The notes under the pieces are model-generated. The model searched no databases and was not told where the DNA came from. It was given only the letters and a program-made list of their open reading frames with translations. Positions 39,601 through 51,976 of a stretch of DNA of 64,000 nucleotides are shown here, one piece after another. The position numbers and the translations under genes are program-made. The stretch is from Marsupella aquatica (lineage: Eukaryota > Plantae > Marchantiophyta). Location of the stretch: contig OZ316892.1 of NCBI GenBank assembly GCA_973895155.1, positions 6,989,251 to 7,053,250 on the forward strand, given 5' to 3'. The number at the start of each line of letters is the position of its first letter. The first letter of the stretch is position 1.

Positions 39601-41024
39601 TGAGATTTTTCTTCATGTTGGGAATATGTCTCACATTCCTCAACGTTCTTACAGCACCATCAAACATCTGAAATCTTACAGATCCAAGTCCAACAACTTG
39701 ACATGGGATTCCATTTCCCATCAACACTAACCCGTTGGAAACCGTGTAAGAACTGAAAAAATCTCTCCTAGAGCAAATGTGAAAAGTACATGCACTATCT
39801 AGAATCCAGTCATCACTACCTGGATTTGACACTACGTTGAGAGCATAACCTTGACATCACAATATGTCATCATCATCGAGTAAATCTACCTCATGCGAGC
39901 TCGATGCCGCGTTAGCAGAGGCAGTAGGGACCTTTACTCGACAATCCCTTTTCATGTGGCCAGGCTTGCCACAATTCCAACATGCAAGAGGTTTTCTCTC
40001 TTGCGATTTCCCTTTGGATTTAGATCTCCCCCGTGATGTAGATCTAAACCTGTTCTGTCCATTCGTGCGCTGCGCTGCTCTTCCCCTGTTCACATTGAGC
40101 GCAGTGCCAGAAGAAGATGCTGTCTGTGATTGACCCAGCTTCTTCTGAGCATCATCAGACAGTAATGACCTCATTATACGAAATGGACTTCAGATCTCTG
40201 TACAAGAGAACCTGTTTCAAGCCCTGATAAGACGGCGGTAAGGAGCTTAGCATAAGCAAGGCCTTATCCTCATCTTCAACTCCTTTTCCCTCGGGGGCCT
40301 CAATCCAAGGGGTGTCTCATATCACGCTCGAAGTTTTGGGGGAATAAACACCCTAAAAGTTAAGTCAATAAAGTTTTTTTTAGGAATTTTTTAATCCCTA
40401 ACTTAATGGAATATTCCAAGAATATTCTCATATTTGATTTTAAAAAACCCTATGATTCTTATAATTCTCAAAATTGGATTAAAATAACCCTAATGTTCTT
40501 CAACAAAAATTTAAAAGTATTTCACTAAACCCAATAAAAAAACCCTATACTTATTCGCGCGTGATGGGTCGGAATAAAAGAAGTGAGGACCCCGGGCCTT
40601 TTCCCAGGTTTGGCAGATCCACCGCAAGACTGTCAAATTTATCCAGGTGATCCTGCATCTTGCTCCCTTTCTTGAGCCTGAGGCTCATCAAGAGAGACTT
40701 CTTGTATAGCCGGTCTGACGCATCTTCCCGGTAATACTTCTCTCTAAGAGCCTTGAACAGTGATGAGCAATCCGCATAATCATCCAGTTGCTTGATGATG
40801 TGCGGCTTAAGATATAGCATCACTGCATTGACAGCAATCACCTGCTCCTGTCTCCATTGTCTCACAGAAATCTCCTCCTCTCCATCATACTGCTCTCGCG
40901 ATGAAAGTAGATGAGCTAAGCCCATGGCCCGTAGAACTCCCTTTACTTGCTTCTCCCAGAGGAAGTAATCAGTTCAACCATCGTACTTCTCCACCTCAAA
41001 CTTCACTCCTCCAAATCTAGCCAT
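36638..41024 (-). pseudogene. Copia gag-pol (gag, Zn knuckle, protease, integrase, RT, RNase H), disrupted
   Basis: KFEVEKYDG, CWNCGKPGHMKRDC, WILDSAC, LWHFRLGH, VHSDVWGP, YKARLVAKGF, QMDVVTAFL, IYVDDML, GYVDSD and KHIDIRYHF. In-frame stops at about 39857, 39539 and 39044, plus a MITE in gag. Confidence 0.95.
40290..40596. mobile_element. MITE inserted in Copia gag (hAT-like 8-bp TSD)
   Basis: CCTTTTCC flanks both sides (9 bp if the next C is counted). Imperfect TIRs CTCGGGGGCCTCA / TGAGGACCCCGGG match at 11/13 and the interior is AT-rich. Excision restores NLGKGVEDEDKALLMLSSLPPSY. Confidence 0.88.
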
Positions 41025-43471
41025 CTCCCTCTTCTTCCCCACTACCAACAGCTCTGGTAGTAACACAGCTTCCTCCACTGCACGTCGCACCGGTGATTGT
41101 ACCGGTGTCTCAAGTTCCTCTTCAAACGGTAGCAGCTCCTACTCAGACTCTCCGTCTGACCGTCGCGATCCTGAAGCTCCACCGACGCCAATTCTTCCAG
41201 TATCCTCCGAGTCACTCATATGAAACAATCAAGAAAAAACGTCTTTTTTTGAAACTTCTCATAAAACTCAAAAATCAACACCGCCGCGTAGCCCATGAAG
41301 CTAGGAGTCCAATACTGAAAGCCGAAATCAAAATCAAAATTCAACGGAAAAGTTATTCAAATTTTGGTCGGGGTGGATAAAACCTTGGGAAACTCCCCTG
41401 TTTTGACCACCTCGGAGAATAACCAAAATACCAATTACAACCCGTCGTCGGAATCGCAATATGATCGGTGCGCCGCGTTGCTAACTCTGGTGGCAACGTC
41501 CTCGCCGAAAAGAACAAAAAAAAGTTATCGAGGCGGGCCAGGGAGTTTAAGTGTATTGGGCCGGGTGAATACAAGGCGTATGGCGTAGGTCGCGCGAAGG
41601 GCCAGGGTACCAAGGGCTGGGTTCAGGCTGCCGGTAGGCAGTCAGGCGCGAACCCACGGCGACGAAGGGCCGGGTTGTGAGTAGGAGTGGCAGTAGGGGC
41701 CCAAGCGAGGGCCGAGGTAGCGGGGCTCAGAAGGTTGTGGGCTGAGGGGCGAGGGCGCTCGACAGCGCTTATAGCGCCGACTGGCGCTCCGAGAGGCATC
41801 GTTGCACCATAAGTGACGGGAGTCGGGGGCGTATAGACGGTCAAAACCAGGCCGATACCAGGCCCGTAACGAGGTGTGTATACATCTCGTTAAAAACGAC
41901 CTAAAACCCCCATTAAACGCCAAAAAATGACCCCCTTCAAGTAAAAATCAGTCACACACCTTAATTTGCCGCTGATTTAAACGAGAAAAGTGAACGCCGC
42001 CGATGGGAAATGTTGCCAAATTGCACTGGCACAGTCTGCAAGCTCAACAGAGACAAAACTTTTCGGGGCGTCACACTCTCTTCGCGTCAAGTGCCAATCC
42101 CGGACTCAAAACGACCGTCTCGCCGCGATCAAACTGTTGAGCCGTAGCACTTCACGTTTCTTCCACCGAGTCGGACGTCACGAAGAGAAACCCGGTTCAG
42201 ATGTGAACAAGCTCCATAGCTTGTGAAAAAACCTAAACGCCTCCGTCACTCGTCACGTCGCACTCGGTAACAACTCGGCAACAATCCAGCTACCGAAACG
42301 ACCAGCTCGCTTCAACCTTCAACTTAAGCTATAATGTGCGATCCCTCCCGCACCGCACAGCTCACACCGTTGAAACATGAACTCTGGTCACTCCCCCAAA
42401 ATACCGTCGAACACGAATAAACCCTGAACGACGCAAACTTCAATTCCTCCGCACCACGGATACCGATCGGCGAGTTCTAACCACCGTTAGAAAGCCCTCT
42501 CACTAACCTATCCGCTCAGCCACACACATTTGAGTTTCATGCGACGAAACTCCGAATGTGCCACCGACAATGAACGCTGAAAAAACCTATCACAACAAAA
42601 CCTCGTCACCTCCCAGACATGCTCTGATACCACTTGTTGAGCATAGACGACATTCGTAACGGCAAGCCCATGAACCATCCAACGCACAATAGTCGACACA
42701 GAGATATACATGATTCACCTCCACATGAGGCTACGTCCACGGGAACACACAAGAGCTTTACTGCACTCTAGGCCGACCGGCCATACCAAGCATCCACAGC
42801 ACAAGCTCTCCCTATCTCTCAACTAGCTCGTAACAATGAGCCTAAGTTCCACCAGGGTCTGGCATCAGCCCTGGCTATATACACAACAACACTACCGCTA
42901 ACATTAGCTAAGTCCTAACCCGAGTTAGACTAACTGTGGTTAGCTCATGAGTCACAAGACTAGAGCAATATCTAACAACACGGACATTGTGTTTGAATAT
43001 TGACATTGTGTTCGAGTTGGACCCTAAACTGTTATACTTTGAGCACACATATTAAAACATTCAAGAATCATAAGACAATGCCAATATTCAAATACAACAA
43101 TATTCATACACAACATCCATTTTCAAACACAATGTCCTTCAAATACAAAAAATGAAAACACATAGTCCAAACTCAAATGCAATGCCCAGGGCGCACTATT
43201 CGAATAGAGCGCCCTATGGCCCACTATTCAAATACAAGGCCATCTCTCAGGACGACAGATCCAGCATGCACTAAACCAGGTATTGCATTTCTTGATAAGC
43301 ACACACCCCCTAAAAAGTACACTTATCAATGAGTGTACATGATTTACAACCCTTTGTTAATGTGTAATGGACCCCTCCGCAAGTGAACAGCCTTGTACAT
43401 TGCATCCCTGGCCTTCCCTAAATTCTGTGCCTAAACTCCTGAAGTGCATTTTCAACTGTACTAAGAATCTA

Positions 43472-43581
43472 CATGCATTTATCAGTAAATGCAATTTTAT
43501 GGGATTGTGCTTGTACCAATAAGTGCGGCATGCATTTATCAGTAAATGCAATTTTATGGGATTGTGCTTTTACCAATAAGT
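43472..43581. repeat. About 57-bp tandem duplication
   Basis: CATGCATTTATCAGTAAATGCAATTTTATGGGATTGTGCTT.TACCAATAAGT occurs twice. Confidence 0.85.
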
Positions 43582-43869
43582 CCATATAGGCGCTTATCAA
43601 GGACAAGTGCTGATAAAGTTGTAGTTTAACTAAATGATTTCAGCCTGTGTGAGCTTAGATTTAAGATGCTTCAAAAACACTTATTTTGTTTACAATAAAA
43701 GGGAAGAACAGGACACCCTGCACTTTGACCAGGTAATGCACTTATGGAATGTGTGCTTAGACAGAGCCGACGGCACTATGGTCTGGAAGGGAAGGCACTA
43801 CTGTGGACTGGAAGCAAAGGCTCTACTTGGCATCTCAATCTACTTTGTTTTGCATCCAGCCGCAGGCAA

Positions 43870-44570
43870 GGGGCGTTTTGTGGAAAAAAAGTCGTGGACA
43901 CGAAAATACTTGTCTGCACAACTGGTGACCGCTGACCGCAGCTGGTAGTTTTGGGGCAAGTTGTTTTCCACAGACCTGAAGGTTCGAGGCGTTTTGCCTC
44001 CAGCCACAGGAAAGGGAGTTTTCCCAGAAAAAAAAGTGGTGGACACGAAAATGCTCGTCCCCGCACTCATGACCGCTGACCAAAACTGGTACTTTGAAGA
44101 CAATTCCGCGGACCCAAAGGTTTGAGCCTCCCTATTGTGGCTAAACTGGTACTTTGGGGACAAGTTTATTTACTCCGGACCCAAAGGTTACATTCCAGAC
44201 AAGTTTATTTACTCAGACCCAAAGGTTTGAGACTCCCTATTGTGGAGTGGAGTTGGAGTGGAGTGAAGCGGGGAGTTTATTTACTCAGACCCAAAGGTTT
44301 GAGACGCCCTATTGTGGCTAAACTGGTACTTTCGGGACAAGTTTATTTACTCAGACCCAAAGGTTTGAGACTCCCTATTGTGGAGTGGAGTGGAGTGGAG
44401 CGGGGAGTAAAGTTGGAGGGACGTCGAGTAAGTAAGTACACTAGAGTAGAGTGGTAGGACTGGAACTTGACCAGAGGAGTAGAGGAGGAGGAGGAGGAGG
44501 AGGAGCTAAGAGGGGAAGGAGGATTGTGTGAGCAGTATCTACAGGAGGAGGAGGAGGAGTACAGTAGGTG
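43870..44570. repeat. Complex minisatellite followed by GAG/GGAGT simple repeats
   Basis: Repeated units AGTTTATTTACTCAGACCCAAAGGTTTGAGACTCCCTATTGTGG and AAACTGGTACTTT, then GGAGT and GAG runs. Confidence 0.75.
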
Positions 44571-45864
44571 TTTGACGAAGGAAAAGGAGGAATGAAGGTA
44601 ACGAGATGTGGCTCTTTTGCGCTGGAAATGCAATTCTCCGCTTGTGCAGATGATGACGGGAAACAACACATGGAGACGCAATGGCGGTGGTGGGAGCGGG
44701 AGCAATGCTCCGGGCGACGACGAGTAGCAGAAGAAGATCGTCGTCGGTGGGATGGCGCAGCAGCAGCAGCAGCGGGGGGAGGAGCACGGAGGGCAGCAAC
44801 GCTGGGAGAGGGAGCAGCAGCTGGATTTACTCTGTAGCAGACATTCTGGTCAACAGAAGTCTAATGTAAGTTTTGCATCAACATAAATGCTTACCATTTT
44901 GGGTCTACTTAAACTCTCGGTTACTGCAATACGGAGTTATTTCCTCTATGAACGGCTGACTTTTGCAAACGCTGTCGTCTTCATCAATGCAGTTCTCTGA
45001 AGCCGGTCTGACTGAAGACTCCGTGGTCTTGAACATCAAAAGAACCTAAACGTTAATGAGAAGCATCATCATCTTAGTTTAGTGATGTTTAGGAAACCTG
45101 CTACGTTTCAGGGATTCCAGCAAATGACCAATGCTCTTGTTATGTTAGTAACGCTCAATTGTTATTCATGCCTCTGTTGTGTACTCATCTCAGCCATGTT
45201 GTAGCAGTGTTCTTCCGATCTCATCACAAAAAAGTCACAAAAAAGTCGTTGTCCTGTCAATATCGAAACCATTGATCAGCCCCTGGTTAGATTTATCTGT
45301 GGCTCCCTCACAATTTAGTGGCTGTGTAATCTCTTCATTGCATACATTCTTTTAATTCATTTGGTACCTGGAAATTCATTCAACACCTGTCATCCTCTCC
45401 ACTCTGGACAGAGTGAGTTTGACAGTGTACGCCAACTCCTTACAATCTGGACAATCATGGTGAGACCTTGCAATGAGGGTCCAGGTCTCGGGGCTGAAAC
45501 AAGAGTTCTCCAGGAACCCCAGTAGAAAACATAACAATGATGCCTGTTGAGAACAAGGGTTTTAACCCATGAAATCTTTAATTCTCGGGTGTGAGTGAGG
45601 TGCTAGAATTTTACACACTCGCCTTTCTAGGCAGGCAGGTAAGCTATGATCAGGGAGACGGAACAATCTGCACTGCACATCAATGTAGACTGGATGACCA
45701 CCGTTGCCACGTCAAAAACCGAAGGACGAATATGTCATGGGTCTGGTGTGGAGTCTCTACCATGACCACGCATACGCGAGCAATTTCATGTCCAGTGATA
45801 GTATGGAATGAGGCGACTGGAGTGACTGAGCACTTGGAGTTCATTTCTCGGCAGCATTCATTTC

Positions 45865-48800
45865 CTATTGCTTCTTCTTGAACAGGTAGAAAGACACCCC
45901 CCACTCTTCGCCGTTGTTGTACGCAAACAATTCAGCTACAGCTATGAAGAATGTGCGCCAGTTGACAACCCACTTCGTTACTTCCTTCTCTCCATACGTG
46001 GCAGCATAGAGAGGTTTAATCTGTGCAAGATTGGCGTCCATTTTCTTCAACCACTCCTCGCTGCAAAGCACAAAAAGACCCAGCTTTACTGTTATCCATC
46101 AGTAGTCCTAAACTTTCAAATGAAAGCCCTGCCCGACGTCAGCTTTCTTCAATACAGTCCTTTTTCCTCGGTAAAGGATTGCACCAAAACTCCCTCGAAA
46201 AGTGAGACAGGCATGCATTCGCTGCGTTACATAAGGACCCTAAGGTATAGCACTTATGACAAAGCACTCCAAGCGGGAAAAACCATACAACTCTCACATT
46301 GCCTGCCAAGCTCTGACATTATGTGCACTTTGCTTCAGTTTTACCTTGTCTGTGCATAATGTTTACCGCTTATCTGCCAGTGGTTCACGATGGAGACATC
46401 TTCCTGCCCATTCAGCCGCAACTTTAGTTCACAAAGAATCCTTCATTCCTACCTGAAGTGTTTCTCAACGCCTCATAGACGAGTCCTAGAAATTACTTGG
46501 AGATCCATTAATTACAAGAGAATTCTTCCCAAATGCCTCTGCTTGTCCCGAATAGAAACAGTACATGTCATCTCAGTTCTTACCTCAACCTTTCAATCTA
46601 AAGAAAAACCTCCTTCTCAAATCTTGTACAATGGTAGAGAATGAATTCAGTTCTGCAAGGTATGAGCTCAACCTGGAAGTACAGTAGAAGAGAATCAGAT
46701 GCCATTGTGCCTCCCGAGAAAAAGTTTCTGGCCATCCAATCGGTTTCATCTTCGTCCTGCCATATGAGAATGCAGTGGGATGAAATGAATTATGACTATG
46801 GATCGTCCCTCATCGTTTCATCAACTTTTTTGAGAGAGCATACTCTACCCGGACTCGTACAAGTAACAAAGACACATGAATACAGAACTATACCTCGAAA
46901 TGATAAGCGGTAGTCTTGTGTCTAAAAATATGAACAAACAATAACCCGTCGGTCTTCATCCAGGAGGCGGCATTTTTCAACAGCTTCTGGTAATTCTTCA
47001 TATGCTGCACCCCCAAGCATTGTCTTCGGTCAAAGATCATAAAGTAAAACCCAGGTCAAATGCAGAGGCCATGTACTTCGACCAGTTAGAAACTTGTCCA
47101 CGACAGTTCGGTCAGTGTATTCAGACCAATTTTCTCTAACTGCTGAAGGAATTCATTTCTTGCCTCAAACATCTCGATGCTCAAAATTCGATCAAAAGTT
47201 CTCCCGGCATCAAATGAGTTTATGTCACAAGTGACAATCTTCAAGTTTGTAATGCCTCGCTTCCTGCGATACAGACATTTTAGCTGCCATCAACACAGAA
47301 AGGAACTAAACTATCTAGAGACCGCAAATCCAACCTTGAAAAATTCGATCAAAAGCACCGTAGGAAAACCAGAGTCGATCTTCGAACCACAAGTCAGAAT
47401 CCTGCAATGTTTTCTATAACTGTGAAGTTTTGATGTTTGCCAGCCTGATCAAAACAACGACATTACATCCTTCACACAATAGTGGTGACTGGTGTATCAC
47501 TTGTGAAGGTCTAAAAGACTGCAGGACCTCGAACTCAATCATACCTACCTGATTACACATTACTGTCAAGGTGGCCTTTATTTCTCACATAAGACGCAGC
47601 CGGATGAAGATTCAATATGGCAGAATTAACAGAGGGTTGTGTCAACTCACCGACACTCCTCATCTATAAAAGCCTTTTGTGTTCCAGAGTTCGAAATTCC
47701 CGTGAGATCACTTTTAGGATACTTTGCAGCAAGGTACAGCGAAAGTGAACCCCATCCACAGCCAAGATCTAGCACAGACTGGCCATCTTCCAATTGAGCT
47801 TTTTCACAATAGATTTCTAGCATTGCCTTCTCTGCCTCGTCGAGAGAAGTGGAAGGAGTTGGAAAATATGCACAACTGCAGTCAAAAGATATTCAACCAT
47901 GGCCAGCTTAATACACAACGGTCAACACAGTGAGCACGTCTTACAATGTTTTCGTACCCGCAAGTCTTGCTTGTGATGCATTATCGCAAAACGCAACAAT
48001 TTCAGTGCATGGAAAGGGATCCGGTCCACAGGCACACCTATCCACTATAAAAGCCCAAGCAGGACAATTTTAACATATTAAATGCAGCTTGGGATTGGAC
48101 TTGCGGGTACGAAAAAAAACACCATCTTCTTTCAACAGTGTCGACTACTGTTCACCAAGCTTGAAATTCAATATCTATCAATTTACATATTCAACTACCA
48201 GCTTCTGTAACACGCACCAATATCTGCGAGTCAGCATCAACCGTCAAAGCATTCGACTAAACTTCAGCTCTATCTGGTCGTTGTTCCAGGACATGTACCT
48301 GTACTTGAGATGTTTTCCAAGTGCGAGCTTATAGAATTCAGTTGGGACTTCGTAATGTTGAGCTTTGGAGTCCTCCGTATTCACCGCGATGGGCATCTCC
48401 TTCAACGCTGCCAGAAATGAAATAACAGGACAGACCCTTCACATCAGCTCGCTTCATTCAGCCACACACTAAGATATGTTGTCGACCCGTGACACCAATT
48501 CAGTGAATCCGGACGTGGAAGGGTTGAAGCATCTCTTTCTTTTGAACTCTCTGCTGAGACTCTGTCCTGTTGCAAAGCACATTTCTGCTCTTCCCATTCT
48601 ACTTACTGTCTTAGACGACCCTCGCCCACTGGACGGAACAGTTTTTGTGGGCTTTGGAAGAAAAAGGACTAGATTAAAGGGAACATGGCAGGACAGGGGA
48701 ACAGAGTGGAGGAAAGAGCTCACCATAACTATCAATCTCGACGACGAACATTTGCCTGAGCTGTATTCTTAAAGATTTTTCGACCACATCACTTATCTAG

Positions 48801-49110
48801 GGATGCTACCAATAACAGAATGCATTAAAAAACGGATTCTTCATATGTTCACTTGAAGGTACGTTTTGGAAATCTGCACAAACACATATCTAAATCTAGT
48901 GGATGCTCACAGACATTGGGCGAATTGCAAGAGGTCTTGGAGCTGCTTCTCTCCAGTGGGCTGCGTGAGCTCCCTCAGCCGAGACGCGAGCAGCTGCCGG
49001 GTGCCGAGCCGAATCAGCCAGTCTGGGAGTACATTTGTGTACAGAGCTCGCATTCCCATTCGTGCCGCATATTCGGTGGACGCTGCCACTATTGACTTCG
49101 ACGAGCCCAT
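45865..49110 (-). CDS. SAM-dependent methyltransferase, coclaurine N-methyltransferase-like / cyclopropane fatty acyl synthase family (copy 1)
   Basis: Spliced exons encode [90 protein letters not shown] and WRTFFIAVAELFAYNNGEEWGVSFYLFKKK*. Confidence 0.9.
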
Positions 49111-49974
49111 TCTCTTGGATTGACTTGAACTATCCTCCACTGCACTCCAGCTCGATCGCACTTCAAGCTGGTAGAAAGGCTGATCGATCAGAATTCCACC
49201 CAGGAAGAAGAACTGCAGGAGGTGGAGTATTCAAGTCTGCATTGTTTCTTCGAGTGGGTTTATCGTGTGCTGCGGGTCATCTGGGCTCAAGACTGTCTGC
49301 TTGCTTGCAGCAACGGCAGTGGTGCTGGTGCTCCTTCGTTTCCTGAACTACACTCGAAGAAAAACAGACATTCAGCTCAAGATCGGAGTTCCGTCCTATC
49401 CTCAATATACATTCGAAGAGAAACACACAGTCAACTTGAGCTCCTCACAACTACATTCGAAGAGGTTTGACACATCAACTCGAGCTCCTTACAACTACAT
49501 TTGAAGAGGAACACACATTCAGCTCGAGATTGGAGCCTCTAGACGAGACGAGTGATGAGAGATGGTCAGGTGGCCAGCAGAAATACACTTGTGAACGAAC
49601 GGACTATAAGGATTACTATAAGAAAAGGACGAAGTGTACCTTCGGAGCGAAAGGAATCTGCAGAGAAATGTCGAAATGCACTTCGGGAGGCCAATTAAAC
49701 AATGTGCGATGTACCTTTGGGACGAAGGAGAAAATGAAAGGAAATGATGAAATGTACCTTTGGGGCGAACGGGACAACGCAAGGAAATGATGAAACGTAC
49801 CTCTGGGGCGAAAGGGAAATTGAAAGGAAATGATGAAATGTACCTTTGGGGCGAACGGGACAACGCAAGGAAATGATGAAATGTACCTCTGGGGCGAAAG
49901 GGACAATGAAAGGAAATGATGAAATGTACCTTTGGGGCGAACGGGACAACGCAAGGAAATGATGAAACGTACCT
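47717..49974. repeat. Left arm of a large inverted duplication (pairs with 61743-64000)
   Basis: Positions map as x to 111717-x. Identical ORF translations appear on opposite strands. The visible outer limit is set by the window end. Confidence 0.97.
49705..49974. repeat. About 41-bp tandem array
   Basis: GGAAATGATGAAATGTACCTTTGGGGCGAACGGGACAACGCAA-type unit, about 6 copies, with an inverted copy at about 61700-62010. Confidence 0.9.
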
Positions 49975-50141
49975 ATGGGACGAATGAATTGCAAAATGCA
50001 TACGTGTCATCACATGATTGGTGCCGTTTAACTTTCTAGAAAGTGACTTAGGGGGGTCATAAATGACCCAAACCGTCGCACGTGATGTATGACCCTTCAT
50101 ATAGTGACCCCCCCCCCGAGGTTGCGGTATCCTTCCATATG

Positions 50142-51976
50142 TGTGGTGAGTCCCATGGCTCCCTAAACCCAAGAAACCCCCATGCACAAGCCGATTCCCG
50201 TAGGTTTTGCTCTCGGCGAGGCCGATTCCACTGCTTATCGGCATGGGACGTTGCTATCTCTCTTCTACTAACATTTCACACACATATAGTGGACAAATCC
50301 TTCATCGGGTCATGAGATACGTAGCCGGCCTATTCTATGTCTTCCATTGTCTTCCTCTCTTGGTCTTCTTTTAGGTATGTTTGGATTCCGCCGCCGGAAT
50401 GATCCCTAATTGGCTTGGGTTAGCCGCTAAGACCTCTCTCAGCTCGACACATCCAACTCTTACTACCTTGCTTACTTCCTCCTCTCTTGGTTGGTGTGGG
50501 CAATCTTCAACAAGTTAATGCGACACACAAGTAGCAAAATGACTCATTCTGACTGAGTTATACCATGCACTTGCCATACAAACAGTACTTCTCATACACA
50601 AGATCTACGAACTAAGCCGTGAGGCCAACTCTATTCAGCTCTTAGGCATGAGGAAACATGAATATACACAAGGGTCACTGTATAACTAACCAAGAGCTTC
50701 TTTTACTACTTGATCCCAGCCCTGCTGGTGCACTAAAAACTTCGCTAAAAACTTGCTAAAGAAGAAGGCCCCAAACTCCTTGTTGCCCAAATACTTATCC
50801 TGGCAGTGGATCCGCCTAATTCCTTGCAGCGTAAGCCTAATCTATCATAACTGTAATCTACCTATGTACAGCGAGGCAGGAGCACAAGTGTTGCTCTTAC
50901 CAGTGGATCCGCAATCCCACTAATATAAGTGTCAGGGCCGCCTCTTGGTCCTGATCCTAATTTCTAAACTTAGAGCGCCCGCCTTGCCCACTCATGCCTC
51001 CTCCCTCCACGTCCGCCCTCCTTAAAAGGAGCGGCCCTCCACCACCATCATGGTAGCGGTGGTTGATCCTCAATGGACGCCCCCAACGCTTCCTCCGCAG
51101 CCATTGCCGTAGGTCCGTCTTCTGACAGATTACCTGCCCCAGACCGAGTCAACTCTCCCGCGGCCTGACCAGGTCCACCCTCGGCTATGGCCTCCCCTTC
51201 GGCTACGGCCTCCCCGACCTGCTCTAGTGGTGGATCCGCTACCCCAGCTTCACCAATGATCGTCCCGGCCTCGGCCTTGCCATCCTTGCCTTCTTGGATA
51301 GTTGGATCCTCTGTTGTGACCCTGCCTGAGGTTGGTGCCGTCTTCTCCTCCTTGGTCACAGTGGCTTGAGAAGCCGCGTTGCTTCCTCACCCAGACGGTT
51401 TCCGCTTCTTCTTCTTCCTTGGTTTGGCAGCTGGTCCCTTCCCCTTGCCACTTACTTTTGTCACCGATGCGAGTGCCGCGGCTTGTCCTTCGGCCAGTAC
51501 TACCCCTGGAAACTTTGTTGCCACAATTGGAGTTTGAACTGATGAAGCCAAGCACTTGAATACTATGGCTTGTTTCTTCAACCGCTCCGTTTGGTTGTCG
51601 GCCCGCCGTTATAGGTTCTCCATCTTCCTTGTGCTTTCCTCCAACTCCTCCTGCATTTCGTCCAGGTCCTTGCGCGCCTCCTCCAACTCCTTTTGGGCTT
51701 CCTCCAATTCCTTCTGGGCTTCCTCCAATTCCTTCCTTAAGGTAGCCCTCTCTTCCTGGGTTGCTCTCAGCTCCTTGTCGAGCTTCGTTACGACCTCAGA
51801 CTCCATTTGGTTTATCTTGGCGTAAGTCTGATCGAGCTGGTCGTCCTTCTCATGCAGGTCGGCCTTGAAGCTGGCCGTCAGGGATGCAAGCTCCTGCTGC
51901 AGCACAATAATCCCTTGATAGGATTTCCCTAACTCGGCCTCCTTCTGCTCAAGGGCTCCGCGGAGATCCTCGAGCT
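50142..51976 (-). mobile_element. Truncated ORF-bearing LTR-like segment homologous to 12604-13700
   Basis: Same TGTGGTG terminus and long nucleotide similarity. It encodes a coiled coil with KELEEAQ heptad repeats (51609-51905) and a C-terminus homologous to 13510-13758. Confidence 0.75.

Larger units (their letters stand above)
36095..42977 (-). mobile_element. Full-length Ty1/Copia LTR retrotransposon
   Basis: LTRs at 36095-36438 and 42635-42977 (TG...CA; I see 2 substitutions and 1 indel). tRNA-iMet PBS TGGTATCAGAGC at 42632-42621, PPT AGGGGGAGTT next to 36438, and TSD ACGCG/ACACG. Confidence 0.97.

Noticed and set aside
41093-42226. ORFs in the Copia leader as an extra or env-like gene
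   Set aside because: Short, on mixed strands, with no transmembrane or conserved pattern. Treated as 5' UTR.
44343-44869. Ser/Pro/Ala-rich ORFs
   Set aside because: Translations of GAG/GCA simple repeats.
49705-49974. Regular repeats resembling a CRISPR array (also 61700-62010 and 44100-44400)
   Set aside because: Units are contiguous with no unique spacers, there are no cas genes, and the context is eukaryotic. These are minisatellites.
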